Below, in pieces: positions 25,935 to 38,800 of a stretch of DNA of 63,193 nt. This stretch comes from Spirogloea muscicola (Eukaryota). The notes under the pieces were generated by a model that was given only the letters and a program-made list of their open reading frames with translations, made no database searches and was not told where the DNA came from. Both the position numbers and the translations under genes were made by a program. The stretch is from the NCBI GenBank assembly GCA_009602725.1, contig WELB01000001.1, forward strand, positions 935,453 through 998,645. The letters are read 5' to 3'. How positions within the stretch are numbered: position 1 is the stretch's first letter; every line of letters starts with the position of its first letter.

Positions 25935-27700
25935 TCAAATAGAAGTGCGCGCCCATAGAGGAGAGGGGCTGGGAAAGGCCAGCCCATTTAACAAATTTAG
26001 TAAGTGTTAGGCAGGTGGTAAGCTGAGTCACTCATAGAAGTCTAGTTCAGTGTGGGGCGTAAGCTTATATTATCAGCAGTGCAGCTTTCTGATTCTGGAC
26101 AGTGCTGCCTGTGACTGAGAATGCCTTGCCAGTTCCAAGATGTCGAGTTAGATCAATGCGTCTCATGTTACTCCAGAAGTTGATTCTATGTACTTAATTA
26201 TGCCCTGCACAGTAGCCTCAACGAAGAGCCTCCACACGACATTATCTACCTGCATTGATAGTGAAATGATATCAGCTTCGAGTAGAAGCTCTTGAGTGAG
26301 TGGAAGCATCCTTGACCCGCCTGTTAAGCCCAACACGCCTTTGAGGCTGGCTAAGTAAAGCTGCTGCACCCATTCAAGGAGCCACTTCTTGCAGCTTGTG
26401 ACAAGCTCTTTACTGTTTGAGCAAAGCCAGTAGTCAAAGAAACATCTGGCACCAGAATCCTGAGGAGAAAAACCACTCAGAGTTCTGGAATGGGAGAGAA
26501 GAAGATGGGTCGACAAAGACCAACATATACAAGAGGGTAGATTACTTGTACAGCTCATTTCATATTCAAGCTACTGTAAAAGACATTCCGCAGCTTGCAG
26601 CCACATTCTCTGTAGGCTTGTTGTGCAGCCGAGCTGGCCTGCACAGTCACAATTGTCTTACCGAAAGACTTCATGTCACTATCAACAAAGAAAAGCGCGG
26701 CCGAATTGACTGGTGGCTGGGAGAAGCCAGCCCAAAAGGAATGGACAACAAAGTACGTCGTTCATTCTTCTCTCTGGGCTGGCCAATCACAGCCATCGCC
26801 CTCTACTGGAAGAGTCTCTTTCTCGCACGCTGACCATCCGCCGGCCGACGAGTTCTTCCCGCTGGCTATCGACACACACGGGGCGTTGGGTGCTCGGTGG
26901 CTCGAACTGCTCCACCAGCTTGCCCGTCACGCCGTCGCTCGCCGCTTCCATGGGGAGCCGGTGGACTTTCCTGCAGCCGGGTCGCTCGTTCAGGTGTATC
27001 GCATGCGCCTGGCCGTCTCGTGCAGAGGTCAATGGCCCGTGCGCTGCACCTGCGTGCCGGCCGAGCCCTCGCTGCTGCCTCTGGCTCTGGCCAGGGGACG
27101 TCCTTCCAGGAACATAGCCTCTCTGACCTGCGACTGCTTAGCAGGGGTTACTGAGTAGTTAGTAGCTGCTTTGTTTCTTCTTGTGCGCTTCTTTCTTAGT
27201 GCTTCGCCTTAGTGCTTCGCCTGGCCCACTTCTTCTTGGCTGAACAATGTATTGGCTTGAATTGGCCTAGCTGTAATCTCATGCGCACCGCGCGCCTTCT
27301 CTCTCTTCTTGGGCTTCTTGTACTCTGCTCATTCTTTTTTGGGCTGGCTGTTCCAGCCCCTATCCTCAATGGGCGAGCTCTTTCTCTTTCTCGCACCGCG
27401 CGCCTTCTCTCTCTTTCTCACAGCCATCGCTCACAATGGAAAAAGAAAGGTAAAAGGCCTTTTGCTTGTTCCTGACATGAAATGGAGGCTCACGTGTACC
27501 TGAATCGACAACATCCTGACATGCGCACAAGAGACAAATACGTGCGATATCACACGCTTAGGACTAGAGGTTACTGAGCGTCCCCTGGATGATGTCTTCG
27601 TCCTAGTCCTTCGCACTCCGGCTCCTTCAGACCTTGTCCATTCCTTTGGGCTGGACTTTCCCAGCCACCAGTCAATCTGGCCGCGCTTTCCTCTTAGGAG
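25935..27700. mobile_element. Pile 2 of truncated RLE non-LTR retrotransposon 3' ends (main block 26690-27700, isolated terminus at about 25940-25990)
   Basis: 26825-27155 reads HADHPPADEFFPLAIDTHGALGARWLELLHQLAR...QVYRMRLAVS, then shifts frame to QRSMARALHLRAGRA...SRGY*; several hairpin termini follow. Confidence 0.82.
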
Positions 27701-28070
27701 TAAGGAAAATTAGGAGTAAAGTGTACAAGAGTACTCGCCCGTCGACGATAGGACCTCACGGCGCGCCCGCCGAGGTCGTGGGAGTCGTCAGCGCCATGGC
27801 GGCTGCCTTGCTCCTCTCCGCGCCTCCAGAGCAGAAGCTCGGGGAGCTCGCCGGAGCCTCGCGGGCGAGCTGAGCCGCCACCAGTGGCTGCTGCCGTTGC
27901 CAAAGGCCTCATGCCGATCAGTCTTGCCGGCGACGCTGAAAGCAGCACCACTGACTGGCTAAGCCGCGCGATGCCGAGCCGGCGCGCTCGAGCTTAGCGG
28001 CCCGTCCATGGCCGCGGCCTAGCGGCGCCGTGGCGCTGGCCTGGCTGCGGTGCACCGCCAGGAGGCCTCC

Positions 28071-31000
28071 ATGGAGCGCCTCCGGAAGATATGTGAGCTC
28101 TTGCGCCACACCTCAACGATGTCACTACAGCATTCTCGTAAAGCATTGGATCCAAGAATTGCTCCCGGTTCGCCAATCACGCTACCTGCTCGCATCACAA
28201 AGCTATCTCAGAAGGTGCAAGAGCTCAGATGGCGGTGATACCAGCGGCCCTGAGCTGCAGGATGCCGCAGGCTGATGATTCAAGGCCTTGCTCGTGGATT
28301 GCACCGCAGACGAGGTGCAAGCGCACGGCGGCAAGCCGCTGTGCGCCGCGCTCGGGGCAACGAGGGAGGGAAGCTTGGTCCTCGTCTCTGGCTGCGATGA
28401 CGGCCGGGCTGAGCTCCGCAGTCTGGCGGGCCTCAACGTGTGCATCGTAAGCGACGAGCTCAAGCCCCTGGCACTACAGCAGCTTCGACTGGCCTTTAAC
28501 GTATCAGATTTTGTAATATCATTAATTTGTATAATCCATATGTCAATGGAGCTGCCGTGCATTGCGTCGGCGTTTGCAGGGCCTGCCTGTGGGCGGAGGC
28601 AGCACTCCGACAGCGGCCATCGGCTGCGTCACGCTCGGCCCGGGGTGCCAGCTGGCCACTGCCGGTGGCGCAGACGGGACAGTGCTGCTGTGGGACCTGG
28701 AGATGGCGCAAGGTATCGACACTGTGCACTAATTAAATGCAGCTGAAAGGCTCCGCAGTCTTTGGAGTCCCTTGACAATACAGAGACCATAGAAGTAATA
28801 ATGACTGCAGTTGCTGGTGCCAGCGACTCGCATCATCGCCGGCCTGAGCTCATTGGCCGCGGGGTCTTTGTCGGCGGGGCCCAGGGCAGGTATCGGCCGC
28901 TGCTCGCTTGGGCCGGCAAGTTGCAGCGCCGTGGACATCGACATGACAGGTCACATTGTGGCGGCCGGCTCGGTGGATGAGCGGTTGTGGTTGTGGGACA
29001 CTCGGCAGCGTGCCTCTGCGGCGACGAGCCATTGGGACCATGGCAGCGGCGTGGCATGCGTAAAGTTCAGCCCCGACGGAGCGTGGGTTGTATCTGGCGG
29101 CCGCAACGGCTGCATCAAGGTGCTCTGGTCAATGGAACTTGTGCTGTCGTTGAGCTCAGACGAAAGGCAATGTGTAGGCATTTGCATGATCTTTGCTTTG
29201 TGAGCAGCGGCCTGCCTGACGCGGTGAGCATACCGCCTCGCAGGTCTGGAGCCTGCAAGCCGGCCGACTCATGCACAGCCTTGTGTCTGGCGGGTCTGGC
29301 ACCCAAAAGGCGGTCGTGTGCCTTGAGTACCACCCTGAGGAGTGCCTCCTTGCCACCGGTTTCGTCCTTGCGCCCACCGCTCGTTTTGCAGCAGTCAGCT
29401 GCCGGTTGCGCCATCAGCTGATCATTCACGTCTCCTGTCAACAACCTTCGGACAGTGCGCATGCTCAGGCTCTGCCGACGGCTCCCTCTGCATGTGGGAC
29501 TTGGAGAAGTTTGAGCTCATCGAGTCCACCAGCTCGCTGGTGAGCAGGAATTGTACGTATGCTCCAGCCACTGACGACCGCGCCTGAACTAGCCGCCATG
29601 TGATCGCCAATTTTGGCGTGGTAACAGCTGGCAACTTCACTGTGCAGTCGCCCACACCCGGCACACCTGGCCTGCATGCGCTGGCGGCCTCGGAGAGTGA
29701 TGGACGCCTGATCGCGGCCACAGCTGAAAGCTTGATGGCATGTGCAGTGCCCTCTTCTTTCGCATTCTGTCATGGGCCTTGCTTTGCCCTGGTCATCACA
29801 GTCACGTGATGATGTAATGAAGACTACCTACCTCAGCTGGATGTTAGCAATTGAACGAAGTGCAGATTGGTCGATACTGTTTTTAGAAGGTGAAATCACC
29901 TTCAGTGCAAGTGCTAGTAGTCAAGGCATTCAGCTGACTTTCTGCAGATTGCAGGCATGCACTTGGGAGCCAGTAACAGTCGCGTGGAGCATCCCAGTCG
30001 GCTGTCCCGGCGACGTGGCGGCCTTGGCGTGCCACGGGCCAGACGTCGTCACCTGCAAGCTGGTCAACGGCGGGCTTGCCGTGTGGTCGATGGTGAGTGG
30101 GCCATGCCGACGCAGCCGAAGCTTACCCGTCTTGTGTGCTATATGCCGACAATGCGACATCCCAAGACGCTGACTAAGCGGCGCAATTGCCTGCAGTCCT
30201 CAAGCAGCAGCCGTGTAAATACCACAATGCAACACAGCCGCGCCCCTATGTCTTCGCCTGACCCCCCGGAGCTGGCCTTTCAGACGCCGCGACGAGGTCA
30301 GTGTCATTGTTAAGTTCCGCCATTGACAGTGCCGTTGTGCTTGGTACCTCCAGCTGTTGGGCCTCCTATGGTGCCACTGGCGTCCTTCGGATTTACCTCA
30401 CACCCTGCCTTGCCCTCGCACGCAGGGCCTGAGTACCAGGAGCCACACCTTGGTGCCTCGATTCAGTCATCCTCTGGACAGAAGAAGCCGACCACCGCCT
30501 ACCGGCACGGCAGCGTGCTCACCACGCACAGCCCGGCGATGATGCGCGACGGTAGTAGCAGGAGCCAAAAACTGTCCCCCGCCAGTGAGACACCAGCTCA
30601 GCGCCGGACTTCACCTCAGCCTGCGCCAGGCGTCATACATGATCTTGTGGTAGGGCTTGCTGAAAGCTCGTGGATGTTGCAAGCGAAGGGCGGCGGAGCT
30701 CACAATGCAGGAGGGGAGCAGCTGTTGACTGCCAGCGAAGGCGTCTACGAAGCTGCTGGCCTGGAGCATCACCTTGCTTCATTGAGACCGTCCTTCAAGG
30801 GCTGTCAAGTCTCCAGGGACGACTCCTGGGTGGACAAGACCATCGAGCCAGCTGTTCGGCCACGGGTCCAGCACAGCCCTCCCCGAACACCGGGCGTGAG
30901 CGGCGGTGAATTGCAGCAGCTGCTGGGCCTTGACATTGGCTTCATGCAGGTGCCTCGCTTTGACGTCATATCCCTGCACTAGGAGCCTTAGACCCTAAGC

Positions 31001-32773
31001 CATTCTCTTTGCCCACCCAGGCTATAATTGTGTGATTGACTTCCACCATGTGCTCAGTTGCCTGCAGCTCAGAACCACTATCCACATCAGTACCTAGGCT
31101 TTTATATTCCTGGTCGCCATTACAAGACGAGCTTTACTAATGAGTACGCCTATATGGTCTTTGTGCACTGCTCTTCCAAGAATTACTGGAAAGCTTCATC
31201 CAGTACGCTGCAATTGTGTCCTTGCTGCTGCAGAGAGGGTCGCAGGGTTGGCAACAGGATTCGCGCCAGTCTGAAGACAACATCATCAAGGATCTGCTGG
31301 AGAAGCATGACTTAGTGTCGGGCGTTCTTCAAGGGAGGCTCACGAAGCTGAAGGTCAGCCTTCGCTGTCGCGCTGACTGCGAAACACTTCTTCCAAAGCT
31401 GTGATTCCCGGAGCTTATTATGAGCTGACAGAACATGACGGAGGTCCTGCAATACGCAGGTCATCAGGAGTTTCTGGTCAAAGGGTGACCTCAAGGGGGC
31501 CGCTGAGGCCATGGAACGGATGCAAGACGATGCAGTAGGTCTTCAATCAGTGGCTGTCGCATGCGCAGAGTGACGTGAAATCGGATTGCAGTAGTCATAC
31601 TTCTACTTACCAACACTGATCCCACACTCAGCTCGTACAACAACACTCTTAAGATGGTGTCTGGACGTATGATCCAGGATCTTGCAGCTGCCTTCTTGAG
31701 CCGCTGCATCGCGTCTACTGCCAATGCCCAGATTCACCTGCCACATTGTGAGGACTCTGTTGCCATTTGAGCACGTGGCAGATTGTGGTAGACGTGCTGG
31801 AGCAGAAGGGAAAGCAGCTGGATCTCGAGTGGGGCACCTTGATCCTGCCTCTGCTGCTTGGCCTCCTGAACAGCCCCCACGAAAGGTTCGCACGTCAAGA
31901 CTTCTCAGCTTCACACAGGCCTCAAAGCTGGGCAGAATGTCCTCTGTCAGATATGCTCTGCCTCTGATTGTAGGCAAGAGCAGAAGAAGCGCATGTCTTT
32001 GGCACCGCGCACTTCCCTCCTTTACCCCCCTGCTTCTGGGCTCCCAGCCTCAGTACCAGATTGTCCAGCTTGTTCATGTTGGGACACGCACATGCAGGCA
32101 TGTGAAGGTCGGCATTGCGGGGCTTGCGAGCCTGTGGAGGAGCTTTGGAGGCATGATCACAGCGTCCACTGTGGCAGCAAGCCCCCCTGGCGTTGACATC
32201 CATGCGGAAGAACGGTCAGTGCCATACAATGATGGCGTTGTCCTCTGGTGTATAATTGTATCAGCAAGTTTGTAGTTTCAACAACACATTGCTGATGTTA
32301 AGACTATCACAGAGAGACTTGGAGCTTGTGGGTTCCAGGCTAGAACATGACTCGATCCCTAGCAGTTGAGTAGTTTGTACGCCAGCAATGTTATCAATTA
32401 CATGGACTTGGCTGCAGGTCTGGAGCTTTCTGACTCACCCTTTCTCTCTGCATCAGTCTGCACCTCACCTTTAGTTGGAGAGTGTGGAACAGGCAGGAAC
32501 GATGTCAGAATTGCCTGGAGGGCTTCAAGGAGGTCGCGCTCAGGCTGACTGAGCTAGCCAAGTAAGTACGCGATTACCCTTCAGTCAGTAGCCATCTTTC
32601 TATGGCGTTATCAATTTGCAGTACTACTGTTGGACTGTGGCAATAGCAAGAGTATCACCTGAGCCACCGCCAAGAGGTCTTGCAGACGGGGCAGCGGAGG
32701 CATCCCGAAGGATGCTGCGGCTCTACTGGCTGCTATTCAACACAATAAAGACGGCAAAGGCGGGCTTTCTTGA
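28071..32773 (+). CDS. KTN80: Katanin p80 WD40 regulatory subunit B1 homolog (divergent)
   Basis: N-terminal WD40 repeats (EVQAHGG, GTVLLWDL, CVKFSPDGAWVVSGGRNGCIK, LEYHPEECLLATG|SADG); C-terminal katanin_con80-like LLEKHD...LQGRLTKLK|VIRSFW, LPLLLGLLNSPHER, PPGVDIHAEER|QERCQNC. Confidence 0.88.
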
Positions 32774-33417
32774 CATGCAAGACTGCGGCGTGGCCCTACT
32801 TTCACAAGCGCAGTTGCCAGCATCGACCCAGTCAATCCCCACACAAAGGAGGACGTGCACACTGCATTTTATTTATTGACAAATATGTGTAAACGACAGC
32901 CTGATGCCCCCCGTATGGCTCTGAACTAAGCCACGTCATTCATTGGCTCAGAAGAGAGATCATGTATCATACAAGGTCCTGGTATGCGAACCCCCATTTT
33001 AGGGGGTGACGAGTGCCTCTTTTCTTCAAGCATCAAGATATGTGGCCACTAACTTGTCCTCACAAGCCAAGTATCCTCCTTGGCCAGCAAGGAGCTAGTG
33101 AGTGCGACTTTGATCATCTTTTGGTAGACAAGCTCATATTTGCGCACAGCCTGTGATGCTGGGCAGGTGGTCCCATGCCTTCTAACTCTACAAAATCCGA
33201 CATGCTTCTGCAGGCAAACTCTCATGCACTGTAACTCGGTAAGCCAGCCTGACTTAAGCCGGTCAAGCATTCAGTGCTCTGCCACCAGACCCGAGCACCT
33301 CCATGCTTTGAAGTGCAGTACCAGGCAGTACAGTTGGCACTTCTGCTAAATTGGTTTTGCTCCAGAGTAGAGCTGCCTCCACTCGCACGTGACAAGGTCA
33401 TGCTATGGCATTGCGGC

Positions 33418-34821
33418 TCACTCTTCCACTCTCCAAGCAGCAACAGGAGTACCTGACGCATACAGAGCAGTGTCAAGCACCTACTGCAGGTTCTGTCACA
33501 GTAGCAGGTACACTATTGAAGTCAGGAATGTATGCTTTTTGCGGTTATTCTGTTCTCATGTTCCCTAATGCTTCTCTTCATGTCACACCCTTTACTCTTT
33601 TGTTGTACTCGCCGTTGTACCCAATATTAACAATCATAAGACAAATCGATTCAAAGAGACAAAATGCCTGTTCTTCGGTAGCACATGCTGAGTATGTGAC
33701 CACTGCCAGATGCACTTGTGCAAATGTAGCACACAGAGTCCTCTTAGAGACAGCATATAGATAGACGACCTGCCTCCGTTTGCAAGCAGAGACACTCTAT
33801 TACTTTCCAACTAGACATGAAGCTTGGCTTATAGACCGTAGATTATTCCAGCTTTCAACTCTGTTTGCATAGGCACAACCAGGTAATGCTATCAAGCCAC
33901 ACTTGCATATTTGCCCCAATGCAGCAGCCAGTAGCAAGCCGCACTGCTGCATACACTGCTGAACCAGCATGCCGAGTAGTGGGGCCTGTGCGACCAGAGC
34001 GCCTGTAAGATGGCCCCTGTGCGACCAGAGCGCCTGCAAGAGGCCCCCAGCTCTGCAAGTGCTCGGCCCATATTGCCTCACTGAACGTTTGGCTTTATGT
34101 CGACCTTTGGAAGCTGAGGACCGACTTGGCTGTGGGTCGTCGTGGCTTACCGCATTGCGGGCAGTACTTGAAGTTCGGCGCCAGTGAGGCACCGCAGCTG
34201 GGGCACCGCAGGTCGGCAGCAGCTTCTGGCGGCGGCGGCGGGGGCGGCCGCGGCGGCTACCGCGTGGCCTGCATGGCGACAGCTTATGGCGAGTGAGCAG
34301 CAGGTGAAGTCAGGGGTTGTGGGTTGGTGGGGATTAGAAGCGGCAGGGCCAGCTCGGCTAGTCTTCCTGACTTGCCGCTATTAACCAGAGGTTACAAAGT
34401 GATTATCCTTCTTGGCCCTTGCTGAGTGATGTCTTTCAGTGCCTTTCAGTGGCCCTTTGAGACCTTGTCACTCCTTCCCGGGCTGGGCTGCTCACAGCCC
34501 TCGGCCCCATTAGGAGAGCCACGTTCGATTCTCGAGCTGACACCAACCGCGCAGCCCTCCATGAAAAGGCGGTTCTGGGCACCGGCAAATACAGCGACGG
34601 CGCGGCCATGGCGGCGGGGGTCCTGACCGCAAGCTGGTCGGGGTCGACGGCGGCGACGAGGCCGCAGGAGGGTCAGGCGAGGCCGCGGCGCCGACCCCAG
34701 CGCCAGACCGGCAGCGCGCAGACGCGCAGCGCCTGCTGCAGCTCCACAGCGTCGGCGGGCGCGCCGCAGCGCNCTCCTCATATCCGCAGCAGCTCCGCCG
34801 TCGCCTCCTCCGCCGCCGCCT

Positions 34822-34854
<33 letters not shown>

Positions 34855-34876
34855 CCGCGGCGGCGTGCATGGCCAT
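33418..34876 (-). other. Small zinc-ribbon protein gene with in-frame TGA codons: selenoprotein candidate or pseudogene
   Basis: Exon 1 ...RCGAPADAVELQQALRVCALPVWRWGRRRGLA-TGA-PSCG...; exon 2 DLRCPSCGASLAPNFKYCPQCG; putative exon 3 TPVAAWRVEE*. Resembles the plant double zinc-ribbon family carrying an F.PVWRW motif (recalled). Confidence 0.65.
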
Positions 34877-35275
34877 GGGGGGCGGCCTGCAGGCGGGGTA
34901 AGGACAGTGGCGGCTTCGCTGCGTGCCCAGTGGCGCGAGCATTGACCCACGTTCGAGCCCTTCTAGCATAGAATTTGCTCTTAGTTATCCCGTTCTTTGC
35001 AGTCGCTTCCACCCCAAGCACCGCATTGGCATTGTTTGGCCTCCCCTGTCAGGTCATGCGCACCCCGCGCCTCCTCATCTTTGCGCTGGTCTTCTACAGC
35101 CATAGCCTTCGCTTATAGAAACTGTCTATGGGGCCTTGTACCTGACCTCTCATTCTATTATGGCTGGCACCTCACAGCCCTCGCCCTCTTCTACCGAGCT
35201 GCTAATTTTCCTCTTTTGGGCTGGTCTTCCACAGCCATCGCCACAGTAGGGTGAATGAGCTCTTTCCTTTCTTTA
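34430..35275 (+). mobile_element. Scattered degenerate retroelement termini in intron 1 and upstream of the zinc-ribbon gene
   Basis: gggctgggctgctcacagccc (about 34480), tggctggcacctcacagccc (35161), gggctggtcttccacagcc (35218), and type-B-like tcatgcgcaccccgcgcc (35054). Confidence 0.6.
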
Positions 35276-35895
35276 CAAGCTCGTCCACCTTGAGAGCACC
35301 ACTGATCCCTCTCAATTCCACAACCTCCTCTGCGCGCACTCGGCTGGTTTGCACATGTGCTAGCTACTTCAACTTGCCCCGGTTCTTACATGTGCTGCCT
35401 TCATTTAGTGGTCATTCTGACTCTTTGATGTTGTGTGCGTTGAGTATCTGTTCGTATGAATTTAACAGGTTGGATGAATTATGGAGGGACGTATCATTAT
35501 ATAGCTGGTACTTGCTACTGTCAGGAGACGAGCAACGATCAACATATGACGTGCTGTCCATAAGACGAACGACTTGATCTCTTCATGCAGCAAGGGAGGA
35601 TGAAGCTGCTGTAGTGTGTTACAACTCTAATCTTGACGCACGTCTATGAGGGGCTGCTGCTAGCGGAATGGAAAGAGAGAAGATGGCTTCCAGTGCATGT
35701 TGCTGTCCTACTGCAGCAGCACTTTGAGCGCAAGCTACAGTGAGAGCATGATGAGTTGCTTGAGATGAGCCAATTGCCATGATTGCCATAAATCTGGCTA
35801 ACAGCACAATTGGTGAGCACCAGTGGCAGCATGGCACAGTAACCAACATGAAGTAAACCTGCAGCAACAAGTTGTCGAAGTGCAGCCTAATCTCC

Positions 35896-38800
35896 TCACG
35901 TCTTTGGCGTCTTCCTGTTTGGCTCGTACACATACTTGATGAGGGACTCCTTGATTGAGAGGATCTCTGGAAACTCCTTCTGCAGCTTTGTAGCATCGAG
36001 CTCATTGTTGCTCCTGGCAGCCACAATAACCTTGGCCTGGCAGAGACATCACAAGTCAGACAGTCTGTGTGTCAGACACTCTACTGAAGAAGGTACTAAA
36101 AGATGACACTCAGTTGGCAATCAATGAAGAATCGTTGGACATCCTTGCCAGTATAGCAATGTGTTGCTTGACAAGGAGGATAGCAGACCTGCTCCTCAAG
36201 CGAGAAGTTTGTCCACTTGAAGGAAGAGTCAATGTATTCCTTGTAAAGCTCCAAGACTTCATTGTGACTGATGACACCCGGGTTGGTGAAATTCCAGATA
36301 CCACGCAAATCACGTTTGGCCATCTCGATGCTTATTGGCAGGAGCTCATCAAGCACAGTCATTGAGTTCGGAATGTTGACAACCTGCCAAAGACAAACCA
36401 GCTTCTCAGCTTGAACGTATGTCCCAGGAAGCATTTGCTGCATTCTCTGCTGTCCAATGCCCTGTCCTTGAGATCTTGTTAAGCACAAAGACAGAGGAGG
36501 TAGAAGCACGCTTCCTACCTTCTGATAGCGACTGATCTTGGTGATGAAATTCCGAGGATTTGCTAGGTCAGATGTGATAGGCATGCGCACGCGCAGAATG
36601 GCCACATTCTCAAACTGCTGCAGAAGTTCTTCAACCTGGCCATTGATGTCACAAGAAGCACTCTATCAGAACGAAGAACCATAGCTGGTTGTGAGCTATG
36701 TGACAATGGTCATTGCAATGCTCAGCTTAGCACACAATCTTTATAGCTTACTTTAAGAAGTTGCAAGCTGCTGACAACAAAGTCTAAGAACAAAAAAAGC
36801 TTCAAGACAAGGTGGACACACCATGGCCTTTGTCCTTGAGTAATAAGAGCCGAAGAAGTTAGGAATATCCTCTTCTTTGAAGCCTACTCCACTACCTTCC
36901 GGATGCTTTTCGTCATACTCAAAGATGCAACCCGTGGCATAGTTGATCATTGTCAGGTTGTGGCTTCTGCAGTAGAGAATGTAAGTCACATCACAATAAT
37001 CAGCTTCTTGGGAGGGTTGTGGTGAACACCTATCCAATTTGATAAGTACTTGTAGATGAAAACCCAAGTTTAGCTGACTGACAATACAAGCAGTTGCATT
37101 CTGCACTCTACTTCTGACCCCAAAACCAGATCCGCAGATGAGGTACATACCTGGTGACATCGGCAAGGTTAAGCACCCCAACAACGTTGGCACGGATGAC
37201 ATCCACCTTGTGAGTTTCGCACCAATCAACATTTGGCCTGCCTGTGACTCCCGCAGCATTGAAGACATGGGTAGGCTGCACACTTGCAATATCCGCCTCT
37301 AAGGCTGACCTGTCCTCCAGGCGACCAGTTCCATACTCCCAAGGAATGCCCTAACACGTACTCACAAACAGTCAGTCCCATCTTGCGGCGGACTGCAATT
37401 ATGAAGCTCAACAGGACCAGACTGGGTCAGCTGCCGTAGATGCCTCTTCTGAAGCAGCATGTCAAGCTTGTGCACACCTGCTTTGTGCAGAGTTCCCCGA
37501 GCAAACCACCAATCCATCCAGTTTTTCCATAGATCAAGAACTTGTATGGAGATGGAGCATGTCCATTGGCAGTGGGGCCATTCTCGTTGTTCACTTTGAC
37601 TTCGTCAATTTGCGTGCTGCTGACGCTCTTCTCTAAGTTTGCTATGGTAAGCATCCGCGGGTGAGGCACAAGAGCGCCAGAAACATCACCCCAGTAGTCA
37701 CGATGCCTGCATAATCACACGTCTCACAACAGCTCAATATCACTTGGAAGTCCAAACAACCCTGAAGTATGCAAATCATCATATTGACAAACAAGCTTGC
37801 CACAAAGACCACAATGACATTGTCATGACCATCCAATTGCCCCCTAGGCTTGAAGTTGCGAAAGCTTACCCCCTGTACCACTCAAGTGTCTTCTTCAGAC
37901 CATCCTCCCAAGTGGTCCTCTCTCTCCAACCCAGAGCAGTAAGCTTAGCATCATCCAGGAAGTAACGCTGTGCAAGACAACAAATCGAGTCAAACAAAGC
38001 ATCTGCACATCTTCCTGTCACCTTCTTGAGACTGAATACAAAGGCGTGGCATTGTAGCAGACAAGACCCTGTGGCAAGCTTGATGGTTGTCATACCTGGT
38101 CATTGAAGGGCCTGTTGTCAACAAACTTTACCACCTTGTTGAAGTCCAAGCCAAGTATGTTGCAGATGTCATTGGCAACATCAATTACACGTCTCTCCTT
38201 CTTTGTTCCAATGTTGTACACGTGGCCAACAAGGCCCTGGAAGCAAAGACGTTATGTCAGTTACCACTGAGGCATCTCTCAGAGTTGGAGAAAGGACATC
38301 TCATTCAGACACTGCTTACAAGATGGCATATTCCGCCTGACATGAATAGGACTTGCATAACTAGTAACTAAGCTCAGAAGGAACAGCCAGGTTCGCTACA
38401 GTTAGAACAGAATTGATGCAGGAGTGCAGTAGCTGCTTCTTGCTCACCTTATGGAGTATAGTGTCGAAGGCCTCAGCGACGTCTTCTGCGTACAGATAGC
38501 TGCGCACATTGGAGCCGTCTCCATGAATGGGCAAGGGCTTACCCTGGGAAGAAACAGAAGATTGCCAGGCTGTCAACTACGTGAAAGCAGGAGCACAGCT
38601 TAGAGGTGTATTGATGCATCGTGTCACTGCGAAGGCTAGAGCATCAACAATAGACTGACCTGCATTGCAAGAAGTAAGAACTTGGGAATGAGCTTCTCAG
38701 GAAACTGCTGTGGTCCGTATACGTTGTTTCCACGAGTTGTAATGAATGGGATCCCATAAGACTGACCATATGCCATCACAAGCATCTCAGCTCCGGCTTT

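Noticed and set aside
32880..33420. Candidate SECIS hairpins on the minus strand (ATGA at about 32938, 33136, 33224, 33400)
   Set aside because: None shows a convincing AUGA-helix-AA-GA geometry by eye; left unresolved
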